Assembly (NCBI GenBank): GCA_045590315.1
Contig: JAZNQU010000110.1
Location: 1-35,325 of the forward strand
Source: Eubacteriales bacterium
Lineage (GTDB): Bacteria > Bacillota > Clostridia > Oscillospirales > CAG-272
Length of the DNA stretch: 35,325 nucleotides
Reading direction: 5' to 3'
Part shown: one piece after another, positions 1 through 10,500 of the stretch
How the letters are laid out: each line of letters begins with the position of its first letter
Position numbering within the stretch: the first letter of the stretch is position 1
The notes under the pieces: generated by a model
The model's database searches: none
Told to the model about the DNA's origin: nothing
What the model saw: the letters and a program-made list of their open reading frames with translations, nothing else
Position numbers and translations under genes: made by a program

Positions 1-402
1 CTTGAAAGCGAAGGAAAGAAGATTGACATCGACAAGCTTATAAAGCTTCACTCTCTTAAAACGGGCGCGCTTATGAGATGCGCGGCACTTATGGGTGCCG
101 TGGCGGCAGATGCTGACGATTCTTCGCGCAGGCAGGTAGACGAGTACGCAAAGAAGATAGGCCTTGCTTTTCAGATAGCCGACGATATACTTGACGTAAC
201 GGCTGACGAAAAGGAGCTTGGAAAGCCTGTCGGAAGCGATGCGCAAAACGGCAAGGTCACGTTCTTGTCATTTATGAATATTGAAAAAGCCGCAAAATAC
301 GCTGAGTCGCTTGCAGGCGAAGCGAAAGCAAGTATCGCTTGCTTTGAAAATGCTCAAGTGCTCACGTCTCTTGCCGATTACATCGTAAACAGAAGAAAAT
401 AA
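1..402 (+). CDS. ispA: polyprenyl (farnesyl/geranylgeranyl) diphosphate synthase, C-terminal part; 5' end lies outside the window
   Basis: Frame 1 is open from base 1. The translation carries the second Asp-rich motif of trans-prenyltransferases (FQIADDILDV) followed by GKPVGSDAQNGKVT. It heads the Firmicutes-type ispA-tlyA-nadK-argR-recN gene order. Confidence 0.85.
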   Translation, partial: LESEGKKIDIDKLIKLHSLKTGALMRCAALMGAVAADADDSSRRQVDEYAKKIGLAFQIADDILDVTADEKELGKPVGSDAQNGKVTFLSFMNIEKAAKYAESLAGEAKASIACFENAQVLTSLADYIVNRRK

Positions 403-429
403 GTGGTTGTACACTAAAAGGGAAAATAC

Positions 430-879
430 ATGGAATATATAAAAGAACTACTTGCCAATAAAGCACTCCTTGCCGCGCTTGTTGCGTGGTTTACAGCGCA
501 GTTTATAAAAATAATTATAAATCTCGTGCAGGAAAAAAGACTTGATTTCGGCCTGATAATGTCATCAGGCGGTATGCCAAGCTCCCATTCGTCAACGGTC
601 AGCGCTCTATGCGTAATGATATGGAGAATATGTTCTCCTGCATCAATTGAGTTTGCAATAGCCGTCGTATTTGCGTTTATCGTAATGTATGACGCGGCAG
701 GTGTAAGACGCGCCGCCGGAGAGCAGGCAAAGGTGCTTAACAAAATAGTAGAAGACCTTGCCAACAGGAAGACCGAGTATATGGAGAAAAATCTTAAGGA
801 GCTTATCGGACACACGCCATTTCAGGTTATAGTTGGATCGGCTTTAGGCATTCTTATCGGCTGTGTTTTCCCTATGTAA
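430..879 (+). CDS. divergent PAP2 / DUF212 (YuiD-like) membrane protein
   Basis: 149 aa with hydrophobic segments and family-typical motifs GGMPSSHSS, MYDAAGVRR and GHTPFQV. Confidence 0.7.
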   Translation: MEYIKELLANKALLAALVAWFTAQFIKIIINLVQEKRLDFGLIMSSGGMPSSHSSTVSALCVMIWRICSPASIEFAIAVVFAFIVMYDAAGVRRAAGEQAKVLNKIVEDLANRKTEYMEKNLKELIGHTPFQVIVGSALGILIGCVFPM

Positions 880-897
880 AAACAAGGAGCAAAAGTT

Positions 898-1689
898 ATG
901 AGGCTTGACTTATATCTTGCCGAAACAAAAATGGCGGCAAGCCGCACAAAAGCGCTCGACCTTATAAAAAAAGGAGCTGTTGCCGTTAACTCAAAAGCGG
1001 TAACTAAACCGTCGTATGACGTAACAGACGGCGACGCGGTAAAAATCTTGTGTGAGACAGACAAATACGTGAGCCGCGCGGCGCACAAGCTCTTGTATGC
1101 CGCAAAGCGCTTCGGGATAGATTTCACGGGACTTACGGCAGTTGACCTCGGCGCATCAACGGGCGGATTTTGCCAGGTGATGCTTGAGGGCGGAATAAAG
1201 GAAGTCTTTGCCGTTGATATAGGACACGGTCAGCTTCATAACAGTATTTCATCTGATGAGCGCGTAAGGGTGCTTGAAGGGGTAAATGCACGTTATATAG
1301 ATATGGACACGATAGGCAAAAAGGCCGATATCGTAACGGCAGACTTGTCCTTTATTTCACAGACACTCGTGCTTGAAGCTGTAAAGCGCATACTCAAAGA
1401 TGGCGGTATTTACGTAGGACTTATAAAGCCTCAGTTTGAAGCAGGCAGAGAGAATATAGGCAAGCGCGGTATTGTAAAAGACAAACGCGTGCACGCAGAC
1501 GTTATAGAAAAAATCATATTGTGTGCAAATTCCCATAACCTTGTGTGTCGCGCTATAACGACCTCGCCGATACTCGGAGGGGATGGGAATAAAGAGTTCC
1601 TTGCTTATTATGTTGCAGAAGAAAAGCCGGGGGCGATCCCGGACAGAGCAATGATAGAGAGCATTGTAAACAAAAGCGGAGGAGAATGA
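898..1689 (+). CDS. tlyA: TlyA-family rRNA 2'-O-methyltransferase (S4 domain + FtsJ-like methyltransferase)
   Basis: N-terminal S4-like MRLDLYL, SAM-binding DLGASTGGF, and the conserved position before nadK. Confidence 0.85.
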   Translation: MRLDLYLAETKMAASRTKALDLIKKGAVAVNSKAVTKPSYDVTDGDAVKILCETDKYVSRAAHKLLYAAKRFGIDFTGLTAVDLGASTGGFCQVMLEGGIKEVFAVDIGHGQLHNSISSDERVRVLEGVNARYIDMDTIGKKADIVTADLSFISQTLVLEAVKRILKDGGIYVGLIKPQFEAGRENIGKRGIVKDKRVHADVIEKIILCANSHNLVCRAITTSPILGGDGNKEFLAYYVAEEKPGAIPDRAMIESIVNKSGGE

Positions 1690-2552
1690 TGAATAATATT
1701 ATCATAATTCCAAACGAATATAAGGACGAAGAGCTTCATTGTGCAAGGCAGATTGCAAAGAAGGTGCGATCTTGTGAAAAAAACGTGTACCTGCCTGAAA
1801 AATACAAAAAGTATTTTTCCGATATAGAGGGCGTTTCGTTTTGCAGGGAAGATAAGCTCTTTGAGCTTGCAGATCTGGCGCTTGTGCCGGGAGGAGACGG
1901 CTCGATAATACATACGGCAAGAAAAGCCGCGCTTAAAGGGGTGCCGATAGTAGGAATAAACCTTGGCAGACTCGGGTATCTTGCAGAGCTTGAGCTTGAC
2001 GACATACACATGCTTTCGGACGTTTTTGAAGGCAAATATACGCTTGAAAAACGTATGATGCTTTCCTATGAGATTGTAAAAGCAGACGGACGGGTGCTCA
2101 AAGGAGACCCTGCTCTTAACGATATAGTCCTCACAAGCCTTGGTAACACAAACAGGGTTGTGGATATTGAAATTTACGCAGGAAAAGAAGAAGCGCACGC
2201 AGGCGCGTTCAAGGGAAACGGAGTTATCGCTTCAACACCCACGGGCTCTACCGCGTACGCCCTTGCGGCAGGCGGGCCGATTGTGGACCCCACTCTTGAC
2301 TGTATAAATATCGTGCCTGTATGCACGCATTCGCTTATGGCAAGACCGATGCTCTTCTCGCCTGAAAGCGAACTTAAGCTTGTGAACGCAGGCAGGGTAA
2401 TTATAAACGTTTCGGCTGACGGAAGCGACGAATATCCGCTTGAGCCGGGCGAATACGTGATTGTTAAAAAATCAGAGCACACGGCGCATTTCTTACGCGT
2501 AAGAAACAGCTCGTTTTACGAGGTGCTTCGTAAAAAAATGGCGGACAAATAA
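1686..2552 (+). CDS. nadK: NAD(+) kinase
   Basis: GGDGSIIH motif and STPTGSTAYALAAGGPIV motif. A 4-nt ATGA overlap with the tlyA stop suggests translational coupling. Confidence 0.9.
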   Translation: MMNNIIIIPNEYKDEELHCARQIAKKVRSCEKNVYLPEKYKKYFSDIEGVSFCREDKLFELADLALVPGGDGSIIHTARKAALKGVPIVGINLGRLGYLAELELDDIHMLSDVFEGKYTLEKRMMLSYEIVKADGRVLKGDPALNDIVLTSLGNTNRVVDIEIYAGKEEAHAGAFKGNGVIASTPTGSTAYALAAGGPIVDPTLDCINIVPVCTHSLMARPMLFSPESELKLVNAGRVIINVSADGSDEYPLEPGEYVIVKKSEHTAHFLRVRNSSFYEVLRKKMADK

Positions 2553-2573
2553 GAATCTTATAAGAGGAACGGT

Positions 2574-3026
2574 TTGATTATGAAAAATGCCAGACAGGAT
2601 AAAATCATAGAGCTTATATCCGAAAGAGTAGTGGAGACACAGGAGGAGCTGTCCGAGCTTCTCAAGAAAAGCGGATTTAATGTAACACAGGCGACGGTTT
2701 CGCGCGACATACGCGAGCTTAAGCTTGTAAAGACTCCAACCCACGACGGCAGAAGCAGATACAGCCAGGGCAAAGAAAGCCATGATGCGAAGGCGTCGAT
2801 ACAGAAAAATTTGCTTGCGGCATCCGTAAGCAAGGTCGATTTTGCCGGAAACATTACCGTTGTCAAGACGATAACGGGAATGGCGCAGGGCGCAGCGGCG
2901 GCTATTGACGTTATGCACTTTGACGGGATAGTCGGATGCGTTGCGGGAGACGATACCATAATTATCGTAATGCGCACAGAGGACGCGGCAAAGCGCTTAA
3001 AGGAAGAAATAGAAAATCTTAAGTAA
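2574..3026 (+). CDS. argR: arginine repressor ArgR/AhrC
   Basis: Winged-helix segment TQEELSELLKKSGFNVTQATVSRDIRELKL and C-terminal oligomerisation segment GCVAGDDTIIIV. The start is ambiguous: TTG 2574 has better SD spacing than ATG 2580. Confidence 0.85.
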   Translation: MIMKNARQDKIIELISERVVETQEELSELLKKSGFNVTQATVSRDIRELKLVKTPTHDGRSRYSQGKESHDAKASIQKNLLAASVSKVDFAGNITVVKTITGMAQGAAAAIDVMHFDGIVGCVAGDDTIIIVMRTEDAAKRLKEEIENLK

Positions 3027-3076
3027 AATTAAGACTATCGTTTAAAACACCTGAGCGAAAGGAAAGGTTTAACAGT

Positions 3077-4780
3077 ATGCTTTCATTTCTGCATATAGAA
3101 AACATTGCTGTAATTAAAAAAACAGATATAGATTTTTCCGAGGGTTTTACCGCGCTTACAGGTGAAACGGGTGCAGGAAAGTCTATTATCATAGACAGTA
3201 TTTCTCTGCTTATGGGCGCAAGAAGCTCAAAGGAGCTTATCAGAAGCGGCGAAGACTTTGCAAAGGTAAGCGCGCTTTTTGAAAAGCTTGACAGCGAAAC
3301 GGTAAGCGAGCTTAAAAAGCTTGATATTGAGCCTGATGAGGACGGCGTGATATCAATTTCGCGTACGATATATGCTGATGGAAGAACACAGGCAAAGATA
3401 AACTCGCAGTCGGTACAAGTCTCTGTACTGAGAGAAGCCGCAAAGCACCTTATAAACATTCAGTCGCAGCACGAAAACCAGATACTTCTTGACATATCAA
3501 ACCATATAAAATATCTTGACGCATTTGCCGCAGCTATGGGTGAAATCGGCAAGTGCAAGGCAGAATACGGCGCTCTTTATGAAGAATACAGAGCGTGTAA
3601 AAAAAGACTTGACGAGTTACTGTCGCTTGGAAGCGACAAACAGCGTATGCGCGATCTTCTTGAATACCAGATAAAGGATATCGATGCACTGTCTCTCAAA
3701 TCAGGAGAGGACGAAAAGCTTGAAGAGCGCAGACTTAAACTTCAGAATGCCGAAAAGCTTATAAAAGGCTCTGATTTTGTGTACAGAGCGCTCGCAAGAA
3801 ATCCGGGCGGCCTTTGTGCAAGCGACCTTATAGACAAATCGGTCTCGGCGCTTGAAAAGCTTGCCGGATACGTACCTGAGGCAGCAGAGCTTGTCGAAAA
3901 GCTCAACGAATATAAATATGAGATTGCCGATATAGGAGAGCGCGTACGTGATTTCGTCCCCGACGATATTGACGACGCAACGCTCGAGCTTGACAAGATA
4001 GAAGCAAGGCTTGACTCTATTTCAAAGCTTAAGAGAAAGTACGGTCAGACACTTGATGAAATACTTGCGTTCAGAGAACGCGCCGCACAACAGCTTGAAG
4101 AATTTGATAATAACGAAGAGCTTGCAGAAAAAGCGAAAGAAAAATGTAAAGAGACGGGCTTGTTACTTATAAAAGCCGCAAAGAAGCTTCACGAAATAAG
4201 AAAAGCTGCGGCAGAGAAGTTTGAAGGGGGAATACTTGACGAGCTTGAATACCTTGATATGAAGGGAGCCCGCTTCAAGATAAAGACAGAGCTTGCAGGT
4301 GAGATTGAAAAGTACACTAAAGACGGAGCTGACAGCGTAGAATTTTTGATTGCGGCAAACCCGGGCGAAGAATTAAAGACGATGTCGAAAACAGCATCGG
4401 GCGGAGAGCTTTCGCGCGTTATGCTCGCGCTCAAGAGCGAGCTTGCCGGAGCTGAGAAGACAGATACGCTCATATTCGATGAAATAGACACGGGCGTGTC
4501 GGGCAAGACCTGCGAGAAGATAGGAAGACGGATAAAGAGTATCTCTAAGAATTCACAGGTCTTCTGCATTACACATTCCGCACAAATCGCGGCACTTGCC
4601 GATACTCATATGCGTATTTCCAAGGTCGAAAACAACGGAAGAAGTGAAACTTCTGTTGAAATACTCGATTTTGACGAGCGTGTTCTTGAAACTGCGCGCA
4701 TAAACTCGGGCGTATCCATAAGCGAAAAGCAGCTTGAAGCGGCGCGCGAAATGGTACTTGCCGGAAGTATAAAGGAATAA
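3077..4780 (+). CDS. recN: DNA repair protein RecN (SMC-like ATPase)
   Basis: Walker A GETGAGKS, long central coiled coil, signature SGGELSR, Walker B LIFDEIDTG. Confidence 0.92.
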   Translation: MLSFLHIENIAVIKKTDIDFSEGFTALTGETGAGKSIIIDSISLLMGARSSKELIRSGEDFAKVSALFEKLDSETVSELKKLDIEPDEDGVISISRTIYADGRTQAKINSQSVQVSVLREAAKHLINIQSQHENQILLDISNHIKYLDAFAAAMGEIGKCKAEYGALYEEYRACKKRLDELLSLGSDKQRMRDLLEYQIKDIDALSLKSGEDEKLEERRLKLQNAEKLIKGSDFVYRALARNPGGLCASDLIDKSVSALEKLAGYVPEAAELVEKLNEYKYEIADIGERVRDFVPDDIDDATLELDKIEARLDSISKLKRKYGQTLDEILAFRERAAQQLEEFDNNEELAEKAKEKCKETGLLLIKAAKKLHEIRKAAAEKFEGGILDELEYLDMKGARFKIKTELAGEIEKYTKDGADSVEFLIAANPGEELKTMSKTASGGELSRVMLALKSELAGAEKTDTLIFDEIDTGVSGKTCEKIGRRIKSISKNSQVFCITHSAQIAALADTHMRISKVENNGRSETSVEILDFDERVLETARINSGVSISEKQLEAAREMVLAGSIKE

Positions 4781-4812
4781 AATTTACCGAAATACTTGTC
4801 GGAGGCATTTTT

Positions 4813-5721
4813 GTGATTGAAACAATACTTAAAAGCATAAGTGAAAAACATCCGTGCACATATAAACGCGACTGCGAAATGAAGTCCTATACCACCTTTA
4901 AAATAGGCGGCAGTGCAGATTTTGTCGTGTTCCCCGAATCTGCAGACGCGCTTGTCTGTCTTTGCACTGAGCTTGACAGAGAAAATATCCGCTATATTGT
5001 TGTCGGCAACGGCTCAAACCTTTTGTTTCCCGATGAAGGCTTCAGGGGAGTCGTTATTCTGACAACGGCTATGAAAAATATCCGTATCGGCAAAAATATT
5101 ATCTCTGCCGAATGCGGTGCGTCTCTTATAAAGGTGAGTTCTTCTGCGTATGAAGCGGGACTCAAAGGCTTTGAGTTTGCATACGGCATACCTGCAAGTG
5201 TGGGCGGCGCAGTATATATGAATGCGGGCGCATACGACTCGGAAATATCTGCGGTACTCAAAAGCTGCAGATGTTACGACAGAGAAAAGCGTGAGGTTAC
5301 AAAGCTTGACAACGCAGACTGTGACTTTTCATACAGAAACAGCCTGTTTGAAAAAAACGGCGACCGTTTTGTAATACTCGAAGCAGAGTTTGAGCTTGAG
5401 TTCGGCGATAAAAGCGAAATCAGAGCGCTTATGGACGATTATATGTCAAGACGGCGCGAAAAACAGCCGCTTGAATATCCGAGTGCCGGAAGCGCTTTCA
5501 AGAGAGCGCCGGGATATTTCACGGCAAAGCTTATTGATGAAGCAGGACTTAAAGGCTATAAGATAGGCGGCGCACAGGTGAGCAAGAAGCACGCAGGCTT
5601 TATAATAAACGTCGGCGGAGCGACGGCAAATGATGTAAAGTCACTTATAGAACATATAAAAAAGACCATAAAAGAAAAATTCGGAGTTGATATTGAGGGA
5701 GAAATCCGGATTATAGGATAA
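4813..5721 (+). CDS. murB: UDP-N-acetylenolpyruvoylglucosamine reductase
   Basis: FAD-binding N-terminus (TFKIGGSADF, VVGNGSNLL), YRNS motif, C-terminal GSAFK...GGAQVS..HAGFIIN. GTG start. Confidence 0.9.
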   Translation: MIETILKSISEKHPCTYKRDCEMKSYTTFKIGGSADFVVFPESADALVCLCTELDRENIRYIVVGNGSNLLFPDEGFRGVVILTTAMKNIRIGKNIISAECGASLIKVSSSAYEAGLKGFEFAYGIPASVGGAVYMNAGAYDSEISAVLKSCRCYDREKREVTKLDNADCDFSYRNSLFEKNGDRFVILEAEFELEFGDKSEIRALMDDYMSRRREKQPLEYPSAGSAFKRAPGYFTAKLIDEAGLKGYKIGGAQVSKKHAGFIINVGGATANDVKSLIEHIKKTIKEKFGVDIEGEIRIIG

Positions 5722-5756
5722 CTCTTTTAATAAAATACCGTAGGAGCGGATTTGAA

Positions 5757-6614
5757 ATGGAATTTACAATTATTACGGGAATGAGCGGCGGAGGAAAATC
5801 CCAGGCGGCAAATATACTTGAGGACGCGGGATATTATTGTATCGACAATATGCCTGCAAAGCTTATGCCTGAGTTTGCCACTCTGTACAGCAGGGCGGGC
5901 AAGGACAGCGCGGTTGCTTTTATAATTGACGCGAGAGGCGAAAACGATTTCAACAATCTCTTTTTGAGTATGAAGGACCTCTCGGATAAAGGGCATAACT
6001 TTAAGACGGTTTTTATTGAGTGCAGCGACGAAGTGCTCGTTAACCGTTATAAAGAAACGCGCAGAGTGCATCCCCTTGCAAAAGAAAGCAATATGAATAT
6101 AAAAGAAGCGATACAGAGAGAGAGGGATATGCTTTCTGCTGTAAAAGAACGCTCCGATATAGTTATAGATACTTCAAAAACAACACTTGCACAGCTTCGT
6201 GAGCAGGTGTATACGGCTATCAAGCAAAGCACGGAAGCAAAAATATTTGTAAGCTGTACGTCCTTCGGCTTCAAGTACGGAAGCCCCGTAGAAGCAGACC
6301 TGATATTTGACGTAAGATGCTTCCCGAACCCGTTTTACATACCCGAGCTTAAGCACCATACGGGACTTGATGATGACGTGCGCGATTTCGTTTTTTCAAG
6401 TGACGAGACGAACACTTTTGTAAATAAGCTTTGCGATATGATAAATTTTCTTTTGCCGCTTTACATAAAAGAGGGAAAGAGACACCTTACCGTTGCTATA
6501 GGATGCACGGGCGGCAAGCACCGCTCGGTTGCAATAGCTGAGACACTCTCTTCTCACGTTGTAAAAAGCGGATACAAAGCGGCAGCTTTCCACAGAGACA
6601 TAAACAAGGAATAA
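5757..6614 (+). CDS. rapZ: RNase adapter / nucleotide-binding protein RapZ (YvcJ)
   Basis: P-loop GMSGGGKS at the N-terminus, C-terminal CTGGKHRSV motif, about 285 aa. Confidence 0.9.
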   Translation: MEFTIITGMSGGGKSQAANILEDAGYYCIDNMPAKLMPEFATLYSRAGKDSAVAFIIDARGENDFNNLFLSMKDLSDKGHNFKTVFIECSDEVLVNRYKETRRVHPLAKESNMNIKEAIQRERDMLSAVKERSDIVIDTSKTTLAQLREQVYTAIKQSTEAKIFVSCTSFGFKYGSPVEADLIFDVRCFPNPFYIPELKHHTGLDDDVRDFVFSSDETNTFVNKLCDMINFLLPLYIKEGKRHLTVAIGCTGGKHRSVAIAETLSSHVVKSGYKAAAFHRDINKE

Positions 6615-6638
6615 AGTATTTCGAAAGGAGGAGTGCGG

Positions 6639-7556
6639 ATGTCTTTTGCTACGCACGCAAAGCAAAGCCTGTGCTCAATGAACGTCAAAAAAGACTGTTG
6701 CCGCCGCGCGCTTCTTTACGGAATATTACTTTTTGCAGTCAATTTTGATGAAAACAAAGTAAGGCTCATAACCGAAAGTGAGGCAACTGCCGCTCTCACG
6801 CTTAAATTGCTTTATGACCTTTATAAAATAGAGGGCAATTTGTACGTTACAGAGAAAAAGCAAACGGACGAGGACGGAGAGACTTTAAAAAGTAATAAGA
6901 TAACCGTCTCGGCAAAGAGCGACGTAAAAAAGCTTTTGTCAAAGTTCGGCTATGATGAAGCTGTAGGGCAGGGTATCAACAAAGACTTATTTACCTGCGA
7001 AAACTGCCGTGTGTCATTTTTAAGAGGCGTTTTTCTCTCGGCAGGACTATTAACAAACCCTGAGTTTTCTTATCACCTCGAAATACCTGTAAGAAGCGAA
7101 GCGATTGCAAAAGAGCTTCTTGAAATGCTTCTTGAAGCAGACGTTGCGGCAAAGTACGGAACGCGCCGCAATCAGAGTATGGTTTATATAAAATCAAGCG
7201 AGCAGATAGAAAATTTTCTTGCATATATAGGAGCGTCGGCTGCACTTTTTGAAATGATGAACAGCCGTATACTCAAGGGCGCGAAGAACGATGCAAACAG
7301 ACTTAGAAACTGCGACACGGCGAATCTTACAAAGATTGTGTCCGCGTCAAATGCACAGACAGACGCGATACAAAAGCTTATTGATACCGGAAGGCTTGAG
7401 CTTCTTGCGCCCGAGCTCAGAGAAACGGCGCTTAAAAGACTTGAGTTTCCCGAGCTCTCAATTAAGGATTTCGGACTTATATTCAATCCTCCGATATCCA
7501 AATCGGGAATAAATAACAGACTTAAAAAGATAATGGAATTCTCAAAAAAAGAGTAA
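6639..7556 (+). CDS. whiA: DNA-binding sporulation/cell-division regulator WhiA
   Basis: N-terminus MSFATHAKQSL...KDCCRRALLYG, a degenerate LAGLIDADG-like core, and a C-terminal HTH (SKSGINNRLKKI). AAGGAGG lies 7 nt upstream of ATG 6639; the ORF track starts at an upstream GTG (6633). Confidence 0.9.
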   Translation: MSFATHAKQSLCSMNVKKDCCRRALLYGILLFAVNFDENKVRLITESEATAALTLKLLYDLYKIEGNLYVTEKKQTDEDGETLKSNKITVSAKSDVKKLLSKFGYDEAVGQGINKDLFTCENCRVSFLRGVFLSAGLLTNPEFSYHLEIPVRSEAIAKELLEMLLEADVAAKYGTRRNQSMVYIKSSEQIENFLAYIGASAALFEMMNSRILKGAKNDANRLRNCDTANLTKIVSASNAQTDAIQKLIDTGRLELLAPELRETALKRLEFPELSIKDFGLIFNPPISKSGINNRLKKIMEFSKKE

Positions 7557-7560
7557 AGGA

Positions 7561-10500
7561 GTGATGACTGTGGGCAAATTTGTACATCTTCATTTGCACA
7601 GTGAATACAGTTTGCTTGACGGCGCGTGCCGTATAAGCGATATTCCTGCCGCAGCAAAGCGCCACGGTCATACTGCTGTTGCCATTACGGACCACGGTGT
7701 CATGTATGGTGCTGTCGATTTTTACAAGGCTTGCAAGGCGGAGGGTATAAAGCCGATAATAGGATGCGAGGTATACGTCGCACCGGACTCGCGCTTTGAC
7801 CGCGAGCGTATCAACAATACCATCGGATACCACCTCGTGCTTCTTGCCAAAAATGAAACCGGATATAAAAATCTCATATATCTTGTCACAAAATCGCATA
7901 CAGAGGGCTTTTATTCAAGACCGAGAATAGACTTGTCTCTTCTCAAAGAATACCACGAGGGACTTATTGCCCTTTCCGGATGTATCGCAGGATATATTCC
8001 GCGACTGATACTTGACGGTGATATACAAGGTGCAATCGCACACGCGCTTGAAATGAAAGCGCTTTTCGGCGAAGACTATTATCTTGAGCTGCAAAATCAC
8101 GGTATGCCCGAGGAAGAAAGAGTACTTTCAGGACTTAAGCGTATACACGAAGAAACGGGAATACCTTACGCGGCGACGGGCGACGTTCACTATATAAACA
8201 AGAGTGATGCCGAAAATCAGGCAATACTCATGTGTATCCAGACAGGCAACGTCATTGCCGACGGCAGACCTATCGGATTTGAAAATGATGAATACTACTA
8301 TAAGTCTACAGATGAAATGGAAGAGCTTTTCGGCGCTTACGAGGATGCTCTTGCAAACACGGTGAAGATTGCCGATAAATGCTTGTATGACTTTGATTTT
8401 GATTCAAGATTTCTGCCTACCTTTATCCCCGAAGACGGCAGTACACCCGAAGAATATTTAAAAAAGCTTACCTATGAAGGCCTTGAAAAGCGCGAGCGCG
8501 ACGGACAGATTCTTTACGACGGTAAGTACGACAGACAGGTTTATATTGACAGAATAGAGTACGAGCTTGACGTTATAGGCTCAATGGGCTTTGCCGAATA
8601 CTATCTTGTTGTGCGCGATTTTGTCGGCTTTGCCAAGGGCGAAAATATACCCGTCGGACCGGGGCGCGGATCGGGCGCCGGAAGCCTTGTCGCATATCTT
8701 AACTATATAACGGACGTAGACTCGGTAAAATACGAGCTCCTTTTCGAGCGTTTTCTCAACCCTGAAAGGGTGAGTATGCCCGACTTCGATATAGATTTCT
8801 GCTATAACAGACGCGACGAGGTCATACAGTATGTAAAAAGGCGGTACGGCGAAGAGCGCGTGTCGCAGATAATAGCGTTTGCAACGCTTGCCGCACGTGC
8901 GGCTGTAAGAGACGTTGGACGAGCTCTCGGTATGTCCTATGCGGATGTAGACAAAGTGGCGGCACTTATACCGCGGGACTTGAACGTTACGATAAAAGGG
9001 CTTCTTGACGGCACGGTAAAATTAAAGCAAGACAAGCTTGCCCCTGAATATATAAGCAAATTCAGACAGGCGTACGAATCGGACGCACAGATCAAAAAGC
9101 TTATCGACGTGTCTGTAGCGCTTGAAGGAATGCCGAGGCACACGCAGGTGCACGCCGCAGGCGTGGTGATTACAGACAAGCCTGTGTCAGACTACGTTCC
9201 GCAGGCATTAAGCAAGGGTTCGGTGGTCACACAGTATGACATGGACAAGGTGTCGTCTCTCGGACTTGTGAAATTTGACTTCCTTGCCTTAAGATACCTT
9301 ACGATAATATCGGATGCCGAAGCACTTGTAAAAAAATTCGATCCTGATTTTGATATAGAGAAAATCCCTCTTGATGACGAAAAGACGTACAAGTTCATTT
9401 CAGAGGGAAATACAGACGGGCTTTTCCAGCTTGAGTCAGCCGGAATGAAAAGACTTCTGACTCAGCTTAAACCCCGCAATATTGAGGATATAACCGCGGC
9501 GATATCGCTTTACAGACCGGGTCCGATGGACAGTATACCCGAATATCTCAAAAACCGTGAAAATCACGATAAAATAGAGTACAAAATCCCCGCCTTAAAG
9601 CCGATACTCGACGTTACCTGCGGATGTGTTATTTATCAAGAGCAGGTTATGAGCATATTCCGTGAGGTCGCAGGCTACAGCCTTGGAAAAGCTGATATCG
9701 TGCGGCGAATGATGGCTAAAAAGAAAAACGCAGAAATGGAAAAGGAGCGCGAGAATTTTATACGCGGCGCGCTTGAGCGCGCTGTGGATGCCGACGCGGC
9801 AAACGAGCTCTTTGACAGGCTCGTTGCGTTTGCAAGCTATGCGTTTAATAAAAGCCACGCGGTAGCCTACTCGCTTCTTGCGTACCGCACAGCATACTTG
9901 AAGTGCAGATACACGGGCGAGTATATGGCGGCACTTCTCACTTCCGTTCTCGGAAATATTGCAAAAACAGCCGAATATATTGCTCAGGCGGAAAAGTACG
10001 GCGTTAAGATACTTTCTCCCGACATCAACGAAAGCTTTACCGATTTTACAGTATCAGACGGTAAGATACGCTTTGGTCTGGCGGCTATAAAGAACGTCGG
10101 CCCCGGCTTTATTGATGGGATAATAGAGGAGCGCAAAGAGGGAAAGTTTGCCTCCTTTGAAGATTTTGCCGCGCGCATGAGCAAGAGGGACATGAACAAA
10201 CGTCAGGTAGAATCGCTGATAAAATGCGGCGCGTTTGATTCTTTTGGCGTATACAGAAGCCGGTTGCTTGTTTCATATGAAAACATAATAGACGAGTTTG
10301 TAACAAGCGCACGCGAAAACGCAGAAGGTCAGCTTGATTTGTTTGGGGACATTGCTATGTCGGGTATTAAAGGCAGTGGTGTCGAGTACCCCGATATACC
10401 CGAGCTTGATTTGCGCGAGATGCTTCGCTTTGAAAAGGAGTGTGCAGGACTTTATTTTTCCGGGCATATTCTTGATGGTTACTTGGAGCATACAAAAAAG

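Noticed and set aside
3027-3076. LexA (Cheo box, GAAC-N4-GTTC) operator upstream of recN
   Set aside because: I read the 50-nt argR-recN spacer and found no GAAC...GTTC-type palindrome. recN here is probably co-transcribed with argR.
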